From an uncultured Verrucomicrobiae bacterium (GTDB lineage Bacteria > Verrucomicrobiota > Verrucomicrobiia > Opitutales > JABDGR01), in assembly GCA_963765205.1 (NCBI GenBank), contig CAVXVB010000004.1, positions 192,001 through 256,000 on the forward strand: a stretch of DNA of 64,000 bases, given 5' to 3'. The notes under the pieces were generated by a model that saw only the letters and a list, made by a program, of their open reading frames with translations, had not been told where the DNA came from and made no database searches. Shown here in pieces: positions 1 to 8,397 of this stretch. Within the stretch, counting starts at the first letter, position 1, and each line of letters begins with the position of its first letter. The translations under genes were made by a program, and so were the position numbers.

Positions 1-63
1 GGCGAGGTTCTGGCCCATGACGGCGAGGCCGACGAGGCCGATATCGGAAGTGGCGTTTGGCAT
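1..63 (-). CDS. gnd: 6-phosphogluconate dehydrogenase, N-terminus (runs off window)
   Basis: Reverse complement reads MPNATSDIGLVGLAVMGQNLA, the typical Gnd NADP-binding start (GLAVMGxNLA). Confidence 0.85.
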   Translation of the reverse strand, partial: MPNATSDIGLVGLAVMGQNLA

Positions 64-143
64 GATGGAAATATGGAAAAAGGAACGGTTAGCCTAAACC
101 CCAATCCCGCCCGCCAAAAGCATAAAATGCGGCGAACCCGTCC

Positions 144-509
144 CTACTTTTGTGTCCGGCGGATGCGCGCGGAGAACTCCGCGAAGTCGAAGGCGACGGG
201 CGGATGGGGCTTGATGACTTCGACTTCGACCGCCTCGACGCGTGGGAAGGCGCCGAGCAAGTCCGCAGCAATGGCTTCGGCAAGCGCCTCGGCAAGCTGG
301 CGACGCGGACCGTCCATGACCTGGCGCACGACGGTGTAAACCTGCTGGTAATCCACGGTGAGCGCGAGGTCGTCGGCCCGCCCAGCTTCGGCGAGGGGAA
401 ATTCGAGCCGGACGGTCACTTCGAAAGTCTGGCCGTGGGCCGTTTCGGCGGGGAGCACGCCGTGGCGGGCGAAAAAGCGCAGGCGGGTGAGGGTGAGGGC
501 GTCGGACAT
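144..509 (-). CDS. folB: dihydroneopterin aldolase
   Basis: FARHGV..E...GQTF, DDLALTVDY, LAEALAE, VIKP motifs; follows folP; start placed at MSDALTL. Confidence 0.93.
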   Translation of the reverse strand: MSDALTLTRLRFFARHGVLPAETAHGQTFEVTVRLEFPLAEAGRADDLALTVDYQQVYTVVRQVMDGPRRQLAEALAEAIAADLLGAFPRVEAVEVEVIKPHPPVAFDFAEFSARIRRTQK

Positions 510-514
510 GAAGA

Positions 515-629
515 AGGGACATAGGGACAAAGGCACAAAGGGACAAAGGAAAAAGCGACCGGCAGGTGACTATTCGCTTGTGCGTGTCTGCCTAACTCTG
601 TCCCTTTGTGCCTTTGTCCCTCTGCCCCT
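515..629. repeat. inverted pair of tandem 8-mer arms (AGGGACAA/AAGGCACA type)
   Basis: 515-549 agggacatagggacaaaggcacaaagggacaaagg versus 596-629 ctctgtccctttgtgcctttgtccctctgcccct. Confidence 0.85.
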
Positions 630-1509
630 CGCTCCACTCCAAGCCCGCCTTCACTGCGTCTGCCATCGTGATAAACCGCCGCAACGGTGCAATTTCATGC
701 ACGCGCACCATGGCGCAGCCTTGTTGGATGCCCCAGACCAGCGTCGCGGCCGTGCCTTCAAGGCGGTCGTGCGCGGGCGCGCCGCCGAGGACTTTGCCGA
801 GCGTGGATTTGCGCGACGTGCCGAGCAGCACCGGATACCCGAGTGCCACCATCCAGTGGAGATTTTTCAAGACTTCCAGATTTTGCGCGGCGTCCTTGGC
901 AAAGCCAAAACCCGGATCGAGCCAGATTTGGCGGCTCGGCACGCCGGCAGCTTGCGCGAGCGCGAGGCTGAATTGCAAATCGCCCAGCACGCCGGCCCAA
1001 AAGTCCGTGTAATTCCGATCCGGCCGGTTGTGCATCAAAATTATCGGGCAACCCAATTGGGCCACGGTTTCCGCCATCGGCGAGCGCGGCGGGGGCGTGG
1101 CGCGGCGTTGCGCAGCGCTGCAGCCGTGCGCGCCGCCCCAGACGTCGTTGACGATGTCGGCCCCGGCGCGAATGGCCGCCTCGGCGACTTCGGCTTTGTA
1201 AGTGTCAATCGAGATGGGCGCGTCTGGGAATTTTTTCCGCAGCGCGGCGAGCGCCGGGAGTACGCGGGCGAGTTCAGTTTTGGTGTCAACCGGCGCGGCG
1301 TCGGGCCGGGTGGACTCCGCGCCGAGGTCGAGGACGTCCGCGCCTTCGGCGAGCAGGGCGCGCGCGTGTTCGACGAGGGCCGCGGTTGTGGTAAATTGGC
1401 CGCCGTCGGAAAAGGAATCGGGCGTGACATTGAGGACGCCCATGACGAGCGTGTGCCCGCCCGGCGCGGGCAGCGGGCGGCCATGGGGGCTGGTCCAGGA
1501 GGGGAGCAC
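592..1509 (-). CDS. folP: dihydropteroate synthase
   Basis: MGVLNVTPDSFSDGG, GAESTRP, SIDTYK, DPGFGF, GTSRKS, VRVHE motifs. Confidence 0.96.
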   Translation of the reverse strand: MLPSWTSPHGRPLPAPGGHTLVMGVLNVTPDSFSDGGQFTTTAALVEHARALLAEGADVLDLGAESTRPDAAPVDTKTELARVLPALAALRKKFPDAPISIDTYKAEVAEAAIRAGADIVNDVWGGAHGCSAAQRRATPPPRSPMAETVAQLGCPIILMHNRPDRNYTDFWAGVLGDLQFSLALAQAAGVPSRQIWLDPGFGFAKDAAQNLEVLKNLHWMVALGYPVLLGTSRKSTLGKVLGGAPAHDRLEGTAATLVWGIQQGCAMVRVHEIAPLRRFITMADAVKAGLEWSEGQRDKGTKGQS

Positions 1510-1515
1510 AAAGAA

Positions 1516-1670
1516 AGTGTGGAGTGTGGAGTGTGGAGTGTGGAATGTGAAGTGCGGAGTGAACAGCGTGAATTTCCAATGTGGAAAATCGTCTCCGAAC
1601 TACCTGCGCTCCTTCGCGCACCGGGGCCAGACGGCCTTCTCTGTCGCTCCACACTTCACGTTCCACACTT
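1516..1670. repeat. inverted pair of tandem 7-mer arms (AGTGTGG)
   Basis: 1516-1561 (agtgtgg)n versus 1647-1670 ctccacacttcacgttccacactt. Confidence 0.85.
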
Positions 1671-1675
1671 TGTTT

Positions 1676-2374
1676 TCACTCCGCCGGCTTGTAACGGTAG
1701 CCGACGCCGTGGACGGTAAGGAGGACGCCTTCGTCGGGATCAATTTTTTTGCGGAGTTGCGCGATGTGCTGGTCGAGTGTGCGGGTGGTGCCGAGGTAAT
1801 CAATGCCCCAGGCCTGGTCGAGGAGATATTGGCGCGAGAGGGCTTCGTTGGGTTTGTGGAGGAAAAGCTCGATGAGTTTGAGTTCGCGGGGCGTGAGCGT
1901 GGCCACCTGGCCACCGATGTCGGCCTCAAATTGTTTCGTGCGGATGAGGGCGCGGCCAAACTTGAATTCGTCCGGCAGGGGCGCGGGCGCGCCTTCACCG
2001 CCGACGTGCGCGCGGCGGAGCGCGGCGGCCACGCGCGCAAGGAGCTCGCGCACGCCAAAGGGTTTGGTGACGTAGTCGTCCGCGCCCAATTCGAGGCCGA
2101 CCACCTTGTCAATTTCCTGGCTCTTGGCGGTGAGGATGAGCACGGGGATCTGCGGGTCGCGCTTGCGGATTTCGCGGCACACATCGTAGCCGCTCATCTC
2201 CGGCATCATCAGGTCGAGCAGCACGAGGTCGTATTTGTTTTGCTTGAAGAGTTTGAGGCCCTCGGTGCCGTTTTGGGCGTCGGTGACTTCGTAGCCCTCG
2301 CTTTCGAGAATGTCCACGACGCCGCGGCGGATGTTGGCGTCGTCCTCGACGACGAGCAGGTGGCGGTTCTTCAT
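1676..2374 (-). CDS. OmpR/PhoB-family response regulator (no adjacent kinase)
   Basis: VVEDD, LLDLMMP, LTAK, GADDYVTKPF, winged-helix TRTLDQHIAQLRKK...VHGVGY. Confidence 0.93.
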   Translation of the reverse strand: MKNRHLLVVEDDANIRRGVVDILESEGYEVTDAQNGTEGLKLFKQNKYDLVLLDLMMPEMSGYDVCREIRKRDPQIPVLILTAKSQEIDKVVGLELGADDYVTKPFGVRELLARVAAALRRAHVGGEGAPAPLPDEFKFGRALIRTKQFEADIGGQVATLTPRELKLIELFLHKPNEALSRQYLLDQAWGIDYLGTTRTLDQHIAQLRKKIDPDEGVLLTVHGVGYRYKPAE

Positions 2375-2495
2375 GGCCGGGACGATAGGGGGAAAATGTC
2401 GGTTTGAAAAGGATGAAGGAGAAGGCGGAATAAGGGTCGTTCCATCCCCGCCCGGGCGTGGCCAAGTCTGGACATCCGGTCTTCCGCAATCCAAT

Positions 2496-3677
2496 TTAAA
2501 TCGGCCATTCGCGGAGGATATGGGTGAAGAGCCGAACCCCCAGCAGCAGGGCTTTTTCGTCCAGATTAAAGGTGCTGGTATGCAGCGGAGTGACTTTTTT
2601 CCCGGAGGATTTGACGCCGAGCAGCATCATGCAGGCGGGCACCGGGTAATCCGCGAAGTCCTCGGCCCCCATGCTCGGGCGGCGATCCGTCTCCACGCGC
2701 AATGGCCCAAAAAGCGCCCGGGCCGCCTGGAGGCAAATACTGGTGACGGCGGGATTGTTGACCACTCCGCGCAACAAGCGGTCGAAAACGGGGGCGATGG
2801 CCGCCCGAAAAGCGCGGGCGGTGCCGGCACACAGCCGTTCAATGGTCGCGCGCGCATGGTCGGACACGGCCTGGTCGAACGACCGAATGGTGCCCTTCAG
2901 GACCACGGTATCCGGGATGATGTTCGGCGCCTGCCCCCCCTGAATCATGCCAATGGTCACCACGACCGGATCGCGGGCATCGGTCTGGCGCGGAACGGCC
3001 TGATAAATCATGGTGACGAGTTGGGCGGCCACCGCAATGGGGTCAACCGTGTTGTGCGGGCGCGCGCCATGCCCGCCCTTCCCCCGCACTTCAATGACAA
3101 AGTCCTGACAGAAAGCGGACTGCGGCCCCGGCGTGATGCTGACGCGGCCCACCGGCAAATTCGGATCCACGTGAAGCGCAAGTATGGCTTGCACGCCCTG
3201 GACCGCGCCCTGGGCCACCATCTCGCTGGCTCCGCAGCCAGTCTCCTCCGCCGGCTGAAAAATACTCCGCCAGGAAACGGACAACGGCCCCGCCCGGTGG
3301 AGCGCCAGCGTGGCGCCGAGCAAAATGGTGGAATGGGCGTCATGGCCGCAGGCGTGCATCACGCCTTTATTTTTCGAGCGGTAGGCAACCGGGTTTGTTT
3401 CGGTAATCGGCAGGGCGTCAACATCGGCCCGCAAGGCAATGACCGGCGATTTTGCGCCAGTTCCGGGCACCACGTCGGTGATGATACCCCTTTTCCCGGC
3501 GCCCAACTTATACGGGATTTTTGCCCCGGCCAGTTGTTTGGCCAAATACGCCGTGGTTGCGTATTCCGCCCCGCTTAATTCGGGATGCTGGTGAAGGTGG
3601 CGGCGAATGACGGGCAATTGCTGCGCCAAGCGGTCAATCTCGGCGGCGACGCGGAGCGCTGGGGTGGTTGAGGCCAT
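2496..3677 (-). CDS. M20D (Acy1/HipO-like) amidohydrolase
   Basis: LHQHPELS, RADVDAL, MHACGHDAH, FQPAEE, GGHGARPH, MGAEDF. Confidence 0.92.
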   Translation of the reverse strand: MASTTPALRVAAEIDRLAQQLPVIRRHLHQHPELSGAEYATTAYLAKQLAGAKIPYKLGAGKRGIITDVVPGTGAKSPVIALRADVDALPITETNPVAYRSKNKGVMHACGHDAHSTILLGATLALHRAGPLSVSWRSIFQPAEETGCGASEMVAQGAVQGVQAILALHVDPNLPVGRVSITPGPQSAFCQDFVIEVRGKGGHGARPHNTVDPIAVAAQLVTMIYQAVPRQTDARDPVVVTIGMIQGGQAPNIIPDTVVLKGTIRSFDQAVSDHARATIERLCAGTARAFRAAIAPVFDRLLRGVVNNPAVTSICLQAARALFGPLRVETDRRPSMGAEDFADYPVPACMMLLGVKSSGKKVTPLHTSTFNLDEKALLLGVRLFTHILREWPI

Positions 3678-3725
3678 TGAAAGATTAGTAAAGGGGGGCG
3701 GATTGCGGTAAATCACAGACTATCA

Positions 3726-4625
3726 CTAATAGAACCGCACGGTCGGAGTGCCGTCGAGCCGTTTGGACAAATCAATCGGGTCGCCCACGGACACTTGTTG
3801 GGGATTCACTTGATAAGCCCAGACCTGAAAATAGGTCAAGTTAGCCTCGCCGTAGATCGTCGCAAACGCACCATCCACGGCGTCCGCCCCGTGCGCGATT
3901 TTGACCCGGCCAATGCGCTGGACGTTATACCGCGCGTCGAAGGTGAGCCATTCCTGGCCGAGATGGACTTCGCAATAGGCGTGAAAGTCCATGGCCGAGC
4001 CTGGATCAGGGTAGCCGATGTCCGGCAGGTGTCCAGTCACGTAGCGGGCGGGCAAATTAAAGGCCCGGCACAGCGCGATGACCGCATGGGCGAAATCGCG
4101 GCAGACGCCATAACGCCGGAAAATGACCTCGGAGGCGGACAGGTCGGGCCGGCCGGACATATGACGGTATTCAATGTTGTCATGCACCCAGTCGCAAATC
4201 GCTTGCACGCGCGCGAGGCCGTGCGGGACCTGCCCGAATTGATTCCAGGCAAAATTCAGCAGCTTGTCGGAATCGCAATACCGGCTCGGCAGCGTATAGC
4301 GCAATAGCTCAAACGGCAGTTGACCCACGGGCACGATCGAACCCAGGATTTCCCGGCTGTCCGGCACCGACGAAACCGCGACCAGCGCATCATGCCGGAT
4401 TTCGTTGCGCCCCGGCCGGAACATCGAGCGGTAGGTAATGTTGCCGTGCGAGTCCTGAAACTCATACGCAGGCTGCGCGATGCCGAACGAAAGTTGCTCC
4501 TGCATGACAAACACCCGGCCTTCGAGCCGCGGCTTGAGCACAAACAGCACGGGCGTCGGCACAGTGGTGTCGTAAGCGAGCTGGCAGCCGACGCGGACGG
4601 TGAGATTCAGCGGAGTCCAATCCAT
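3726..4625 (-). CDS. transglutaminase-like family protein
   Basis: PSRYCDSD, GVCRDFAH (Cys), DFHAYCEV (His), FDAR (Asp). Confidence 0.9.
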   Translation of the reverse strand: MDWTPLNLTVRVGCQLAYDTTVPTPVLFVLKPRLEGRVFVMQEQLSFGIAQPAYEFQDSHGNITYRSMFRPGRNEIRHDALVAVSSVPDSREILGSIVPVGQLPFELLRYTLPSRYCDSDKLLNFAWNQFGQVPHGLARVQAICDWVHDNIEYRHMSGRPDLSASEVIFRRYGVCRDFAHAVIALCRAFNLPARYVTGHLPDIGYPDPGSAMDFHAYCEVHLGQEWLTFDARYNVQRIGRVKIAHGADAVDGAFATIYGEANLTYFQVWAYQVNPQQVSVGDPIDLSKRLDGTPTVRFY

Positions 4626-4895
4626 GGGTCACGGGGAGTTTGAACTCTGGATGCAAATTTCAAAACAAAAGATACAGGCCTCACCATGTGCCACGCGGGA
4701 ACAAAAGGCAAGCGGCAACCGACCTGGCGCCGAGAGGGAGGCGGCGGTGCGGGATGGGCTGGAGTCTTCACCCCAGCCGACTTCGGCGGCGGTTTAAATT
4801 TTTTATGAAATTTTTGGGCCGTCGCTTGCGGAATTACAGATCGAGGATTATGTTTGGTCAATTAACAAGAACAGCAACCTCAACCCACTCTAACT

Positions 4896-5063
4896 ATGCT
4901 TCGCTACACCCTGGCATTTCTCTTAATCGCCATTCTCGCCGGCCTCCTGGGTTTCTGGGCCATCTCGGGGATCGCCGCAGCCATCGCCAAAGTTTTGTTC
5001 CTGATCTTCCTGGTGCTCTTCATTTGCACCTTGATCTTTCGGCGTTCGCCGCCAGCCGTCTGA
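4896..5063 (+). CDS. DUF1328 (UPF0391/YtjA-like) small membrane protein, 55 aa, missing from ORF track
   Basis: Translates MLRYTLAFLLIAILAGLLGFWAISGIAAAIAKVLFLIFLVLFICTLIFRRSPPAV. Confidence 0.88.
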   Translation: MLRYTLAFLLIAILAGLLGFWAISGIAAAIAKVLFLIFLVLFICTLIFRRSPPAV

Positions 5064-5129
5064 GGAGGGAATAACTCAAGGCCGGTCGTTTGTCTGCCGC
5101 CGCTTGGCCCGGCGGGGGGTGGGTGGCTG

Positions 5130-7253
5130 TTAGTGCCAGCCCATTCCGCGCCAGCGGCGCCAGTAAAGAAATGCGATCAGGGCCAGGATGAGGGCGACCA
5201 AGCCATACAGCAACCAGGGGGTTTTCTTCTCGGCGAAGGGGTCGGTCAGGCCGCGTTCGGAGCCGGGCGGCAGTTGCGGCAGGTCGGTGAGCGAGCGGCC
5301 GAAGGGAATGTTCATCTTGGCGACGTTGTTGATGGCCCAGCCGTTGGCGTCGAGGATGGGGCCGAGGTTGCGTTTGCGCAATTTAACCGCGGCCATCCCC
5401 ATCGAGGGCAGCGAGATGGCTAGGCCGACGCCAATAATAATGAGTGGGATTTCCCACCACGGTTGCCCCAACAGCGTCGAGATCCAGGTGCCGACCGCGC
5501 CGACAAAGGAGGTGAGGACCAGGCCGATGACGGCGATCGTGCCGGGGTCAATTTTGGTGGGGGGCGGCGCGGGCGGGGGGGCATTTTCCAAATTCGTGGC
5601 GGCTTGCGCGGCGGCCGCGGCGGCTTTTTGCTGCGCGGCGGCGTCCAGCGCGGCGGCGCGCTGGGCGATCTGGTTTTCGATCAGGCGTGAGATTTTTTTG
5701 TAGGGCGTCCAGAAGGCCTGCCGGATGCTGATGGGGTTCGAGACGATTTTGGCAATCGTGGCATCCCAATCCCGGCCCTGGCGGTCGTAGAAGACGCCGT
5801 TGCGGCCCACGATGAGGTTGTCGGAGTCGCCGTCGGTAAAGATGGCCACAATCTGGCGCTTGAGGCCTCCGGGGCGCGCGAGGTCGCAATAAGCGAGGAA
5901 CGCGCCGGAGAGGTGCGCGAGCAACGCATGGCGGTCAGGGTCGGTCACATCCAAGCAAAGGTTGCACGCGCGGTTGTCGAGAAAAAGCGTGCCGGATTGG
6001 AAGACCGCGCCGGTGCGGCCGTAGAAATCCGCAAAGTTCACAAAATTGGTCAGGAGTTTGTGCAAGTCTTTCTGAAAGCGCAGGAGTTTCTCAACCCCCG
6101 CGAATTGGTCGAATTCACCCGCCAGGGCGGCGTCCTGCTTGATCAGTTCGGCGAGGCGGCCTTGCGCGTCGCAAGCAAGCAACTCGCGCAAGCGGGGCAG
6201 GCCGAGGGTTTCAATGGTGGTCACGGGTTTACCAGCGAGCCACTCGCCAAAGGGGGCGAGTTTGCCTTGGAGCGCAGCCCAGTCCGCTTCAGTGAGGCTG
6301 GATTTTCCCGGCCCGAGCAAGGGCGTGACGGCATCGGTAGAAAGCATGGCGAGCGCAGCCGCCCAAGCGGGGTTCACCGCGCCGGCGAGCGGCAGCGGTT
6401 GGTTCGCGGCGGCTTTGGCCAGGGGCAGGTCGGCGACTTCCTGCGCGGTGATCGAAAGGCTCTGGTCTGCGATGGCGAGATAATCGCTTTCCTCGGGATT
6501 CAGCGCCGCGAGCGACCGCTCATCATACGCCGCAAGGCGGCAGCGCCCGAAATAGTCGTTCACTTTGGCCTGCACCGCCTTCACGGCGAGGGCGGCGCGC
6601 GTGGTGCCGTCGAGGCCGAGCGGGGTCAGCGCGCGGTCGGCTTCGCCCTTTGCGGCCCAGTTGGAGAGCGTGCGGGCCTCGGCGAAAAACTGGTCGAGCC
6701 GAGCCTGATCAAGACCGGGCTGGCCGCTGCGGTCGGCGACCGGGCCAAGGGTCGCAATGATGTCCGTAATGGCCTGTTGGTCGGCGGGGCTGTCTGCGGT
6801 GGCGGCGATGATAACGCCGTCACCATTGAAGCGCGTCTCGGCAAAAATTTTGACGGTGTCCGAGACTTCGGCAAGGGAGATGGAGATCGCGCCGGATTTT
6901 TTGAGGCTGTGGAGGATGCGTTGCGCGCCGGCGAGCAGGTTGGGGTCCTTGATCGCCGCAAGGGCCACGGAGTCGCCGCCGCGCAGCAGGTCACCGGGGT
7001 CTTTGAGTGCACCGGCAATCCAGTCGAGGGCGGCGAGGACTTCGGGCGGGCGGATGCGGCCATCTTTGTCGGTGTCTATGAGGTCGGCCGTGCGCGGGTC
7101 GAACTCAATGCCGCGCGTGGGCATGGCGAGCGTCATCCACAGCTTTTGGTCCAGCTCCGCGAGATGGGTCAGGTCCGCCCCATTGCGGAAAGTGACCTGG
7201 TCCACCCCGCCGACGCGGAAAAATTGCCAGCCATGCGAAGAAGGTGCATTCAT
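5130..7253 (-). CDS. uncharacterised protein with EF-hand-like loop and C-terminal TM helices
   Basis: Long ORF; DTDKDGRIRPPE EF-hand-like loop; three hydrophobic segments near the C-terminus. Confidence 0.8.
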   Translation of the reverse strand: MNAPSSHGWQFFRVGGVDQVTFRNGADLTHLAELDQKLWMTLAMPTRGIEFDPRTADLIDTDKDGRIRPPEVLAALDWIAGALKDPGDLLRGGDSVALAAIKDPNLLAGAQRILHSLKKSGAISISLAEVSDTVKIFAETRFNGDGVIIAATADSPADQQAITDIIATLGPVADRSGQPGLDQARLDQFFAEARTLSNWAAKGEADRALTPLGLDGTTRAALAVKAVQAKVNDYFGRCRLAAYDERSLAALNPEESDYLAIADQSLSITAQEVADLPLAKAAANQPLPLAGAVNPAWAAALAMLSTDAVTPLLGPGKSSLTEADWAALQGKLAPFGEWLAGKPVTTIETLGLPRLRELLACDAQGRLAELIKQDAALAGEFDQFAGVEKLLRFQKDLHKLLTNFVNFADFYGRTGAVFQSGTLFLDNRACNLCLDVTDPDRHALLAHLSGAFLAYCDLARPGGLKRQIVAIFTDGDSDNLIVGRNGVFYDRQGRDWDATIAKIVSNPISIRQAFWTPYKKISRLIENQIAQRAAALDAAAQQKAAAAAAQAATNLENAPPPAPPPTKIDPGTIAVIGLVLTSFVGAVGTWISTLLGQPWWEIPLIIIGVGLAISLPSMGMAAVKLRKRNLGPILDANGWAINNVAKMNIPFGRSLTDLPQLPPGSERGLTDPFAEKKTPWLLYGLVALILALIAFLYWRRWRGMGWH

Positions 7254-7280
7254 GAGCCGCAGCGAAGACAGAGTGCTAAA

Positions 7281-7421
7281 TTTCGGAATTCGGATTGCTG
7301 AATGCTCCAACCAAATTGACGCTGAAGCACGATTCTTGAATATCCAGCAATCAGCATTCAGCAATCAGAAATTTTCCGCCCTCGCTCCGCTTGCGCGCTC
7401 CGCACTTCGAATTCCGCATTT
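7281..7421. repeat. nested inverted 7-mer arms (CGGAATT and CAGCAAT/CAGCATT types)
   Basis: cggaattcggattgctgaatgct ... cagcaatcagcattcagcaatcag ... tccgcacttcgaattccgca. Confidence 0.7.
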
Positions 7422-7422
7422 C

Positions 7423-8055
7423 CTACAGGCTCCTCACGACCGCCTTGGCCACGCCCTGAATAATCAAGTCGGCCACCGGGTGGAGGTTCGGGTATTTCGG
7501 GTTCTCGGCCTTGAGAAAGGGGTGGCGGCCAGGCTTTTGGATGAAGCGCTTGAGCGTCGTTTCGCCGTCAATCAGCGCCGCCACGATGTCGCCATCCTTG
7601 GCCGGGCCGTGCTCAAATATCACCACATCACCGTCGTTGATCGCGGCGTCTATCATGCTGTCGCCGCGCACCTTGAGGGCGAAGGCGCGGCGGGCGCGGC
7701 GGATGCCGGCGGTGTGCACGTCAATTTGCAGGCGCCCGATTTCGCCGCCCGGCTCGACGCCGTCCGGGTAGCCGGCGGCGATGTTGCCATAAACCGGAAT
7801 GTCCACGACATCAAAGGCGCTCGGCGGCGCGGCGCTGTCCGGGTCGTGGGTGACGCGGAAGGCGCGGGCCTGGCCAGCGACGCGCGAGATGGCGCCCTTG
7901 CGCTCCAGCGCGCGCAGGTGGCCCATGACCGCGTTGGTGCTGGCGAACTTGAAATGCGCCTGGATGTCGCGGATGCTGGGCCAGTAGCCCTGCTCCCGGT
8001 TGTGGAGCTGGATGAACCCCAAAATTTCCTGCTGCCGGAGGGTGAGGTCTTTCAT
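7423..8055 (-). CDS. lexA: SOS repressor LexA
   Basis: LTLRQQEIL, PSIRDI, HLRALERKG, Ala-Gly cleavage site IAAG, VRGDSM Ser, TLKRF Lys. Confidence 0.95.
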   Translation of the reverse strand: MKDLTLRQQEILGFIQLHNREQGYWPSIRDIQAHFKFASTNAVMGHLRALERKGAISRVAGQARAFRVTHDPDSAAPPSAFDVVDIPVYGNIAAGYPDGVEPGGEIGRLQIDVHTAGIRRARRAFALKVRGDSMIDAAINDGDVVIFEHGPAKDGDIVAALIDGETTLKRFIQKPGRHPFLKAENPKYPNLHPVADLIIQGVAKAVVRSL

Positions 8056-8063
8056 GATGCCCA

Positions 8064-8092
8064 AACGTATAGGGTGCGGACGTTCACGTCAA
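8064..8092 (-). promoter_or_regulatory. putative sigma70 promoter of lexA
   Basis: Minus strand TTGACG-N17-TACGTT, ending 8 nt before the ATG. Confidence 0.5.
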
Positions 8093-8397
8093 GCGGGAAT
8101 TTTTACGTGAAAAGGCGATATGCTGTTCCAGCAACCGGTTTTGTTGCTTTAAGGCAAGAGACGGTTGCAGACGAAAAAAACACTTAGCGCCCTGGAACAT
8201 TCCAATTTTCGACCGAATTTCGTGGGACAATAAACTCATCCTTTGGACTCGACACCCGGAGGCGTTTACCGCCGATCTTTTTAACTGTTATGGACTGCTG
8301 CTTGTCAGCCGATAAGCGACAAAACGATTCGAGCGCAGCGAAATTTTGGGATAGCCTCCGGGATATGTCATTGGCATTCTTTAACGTCACCCCGCCC

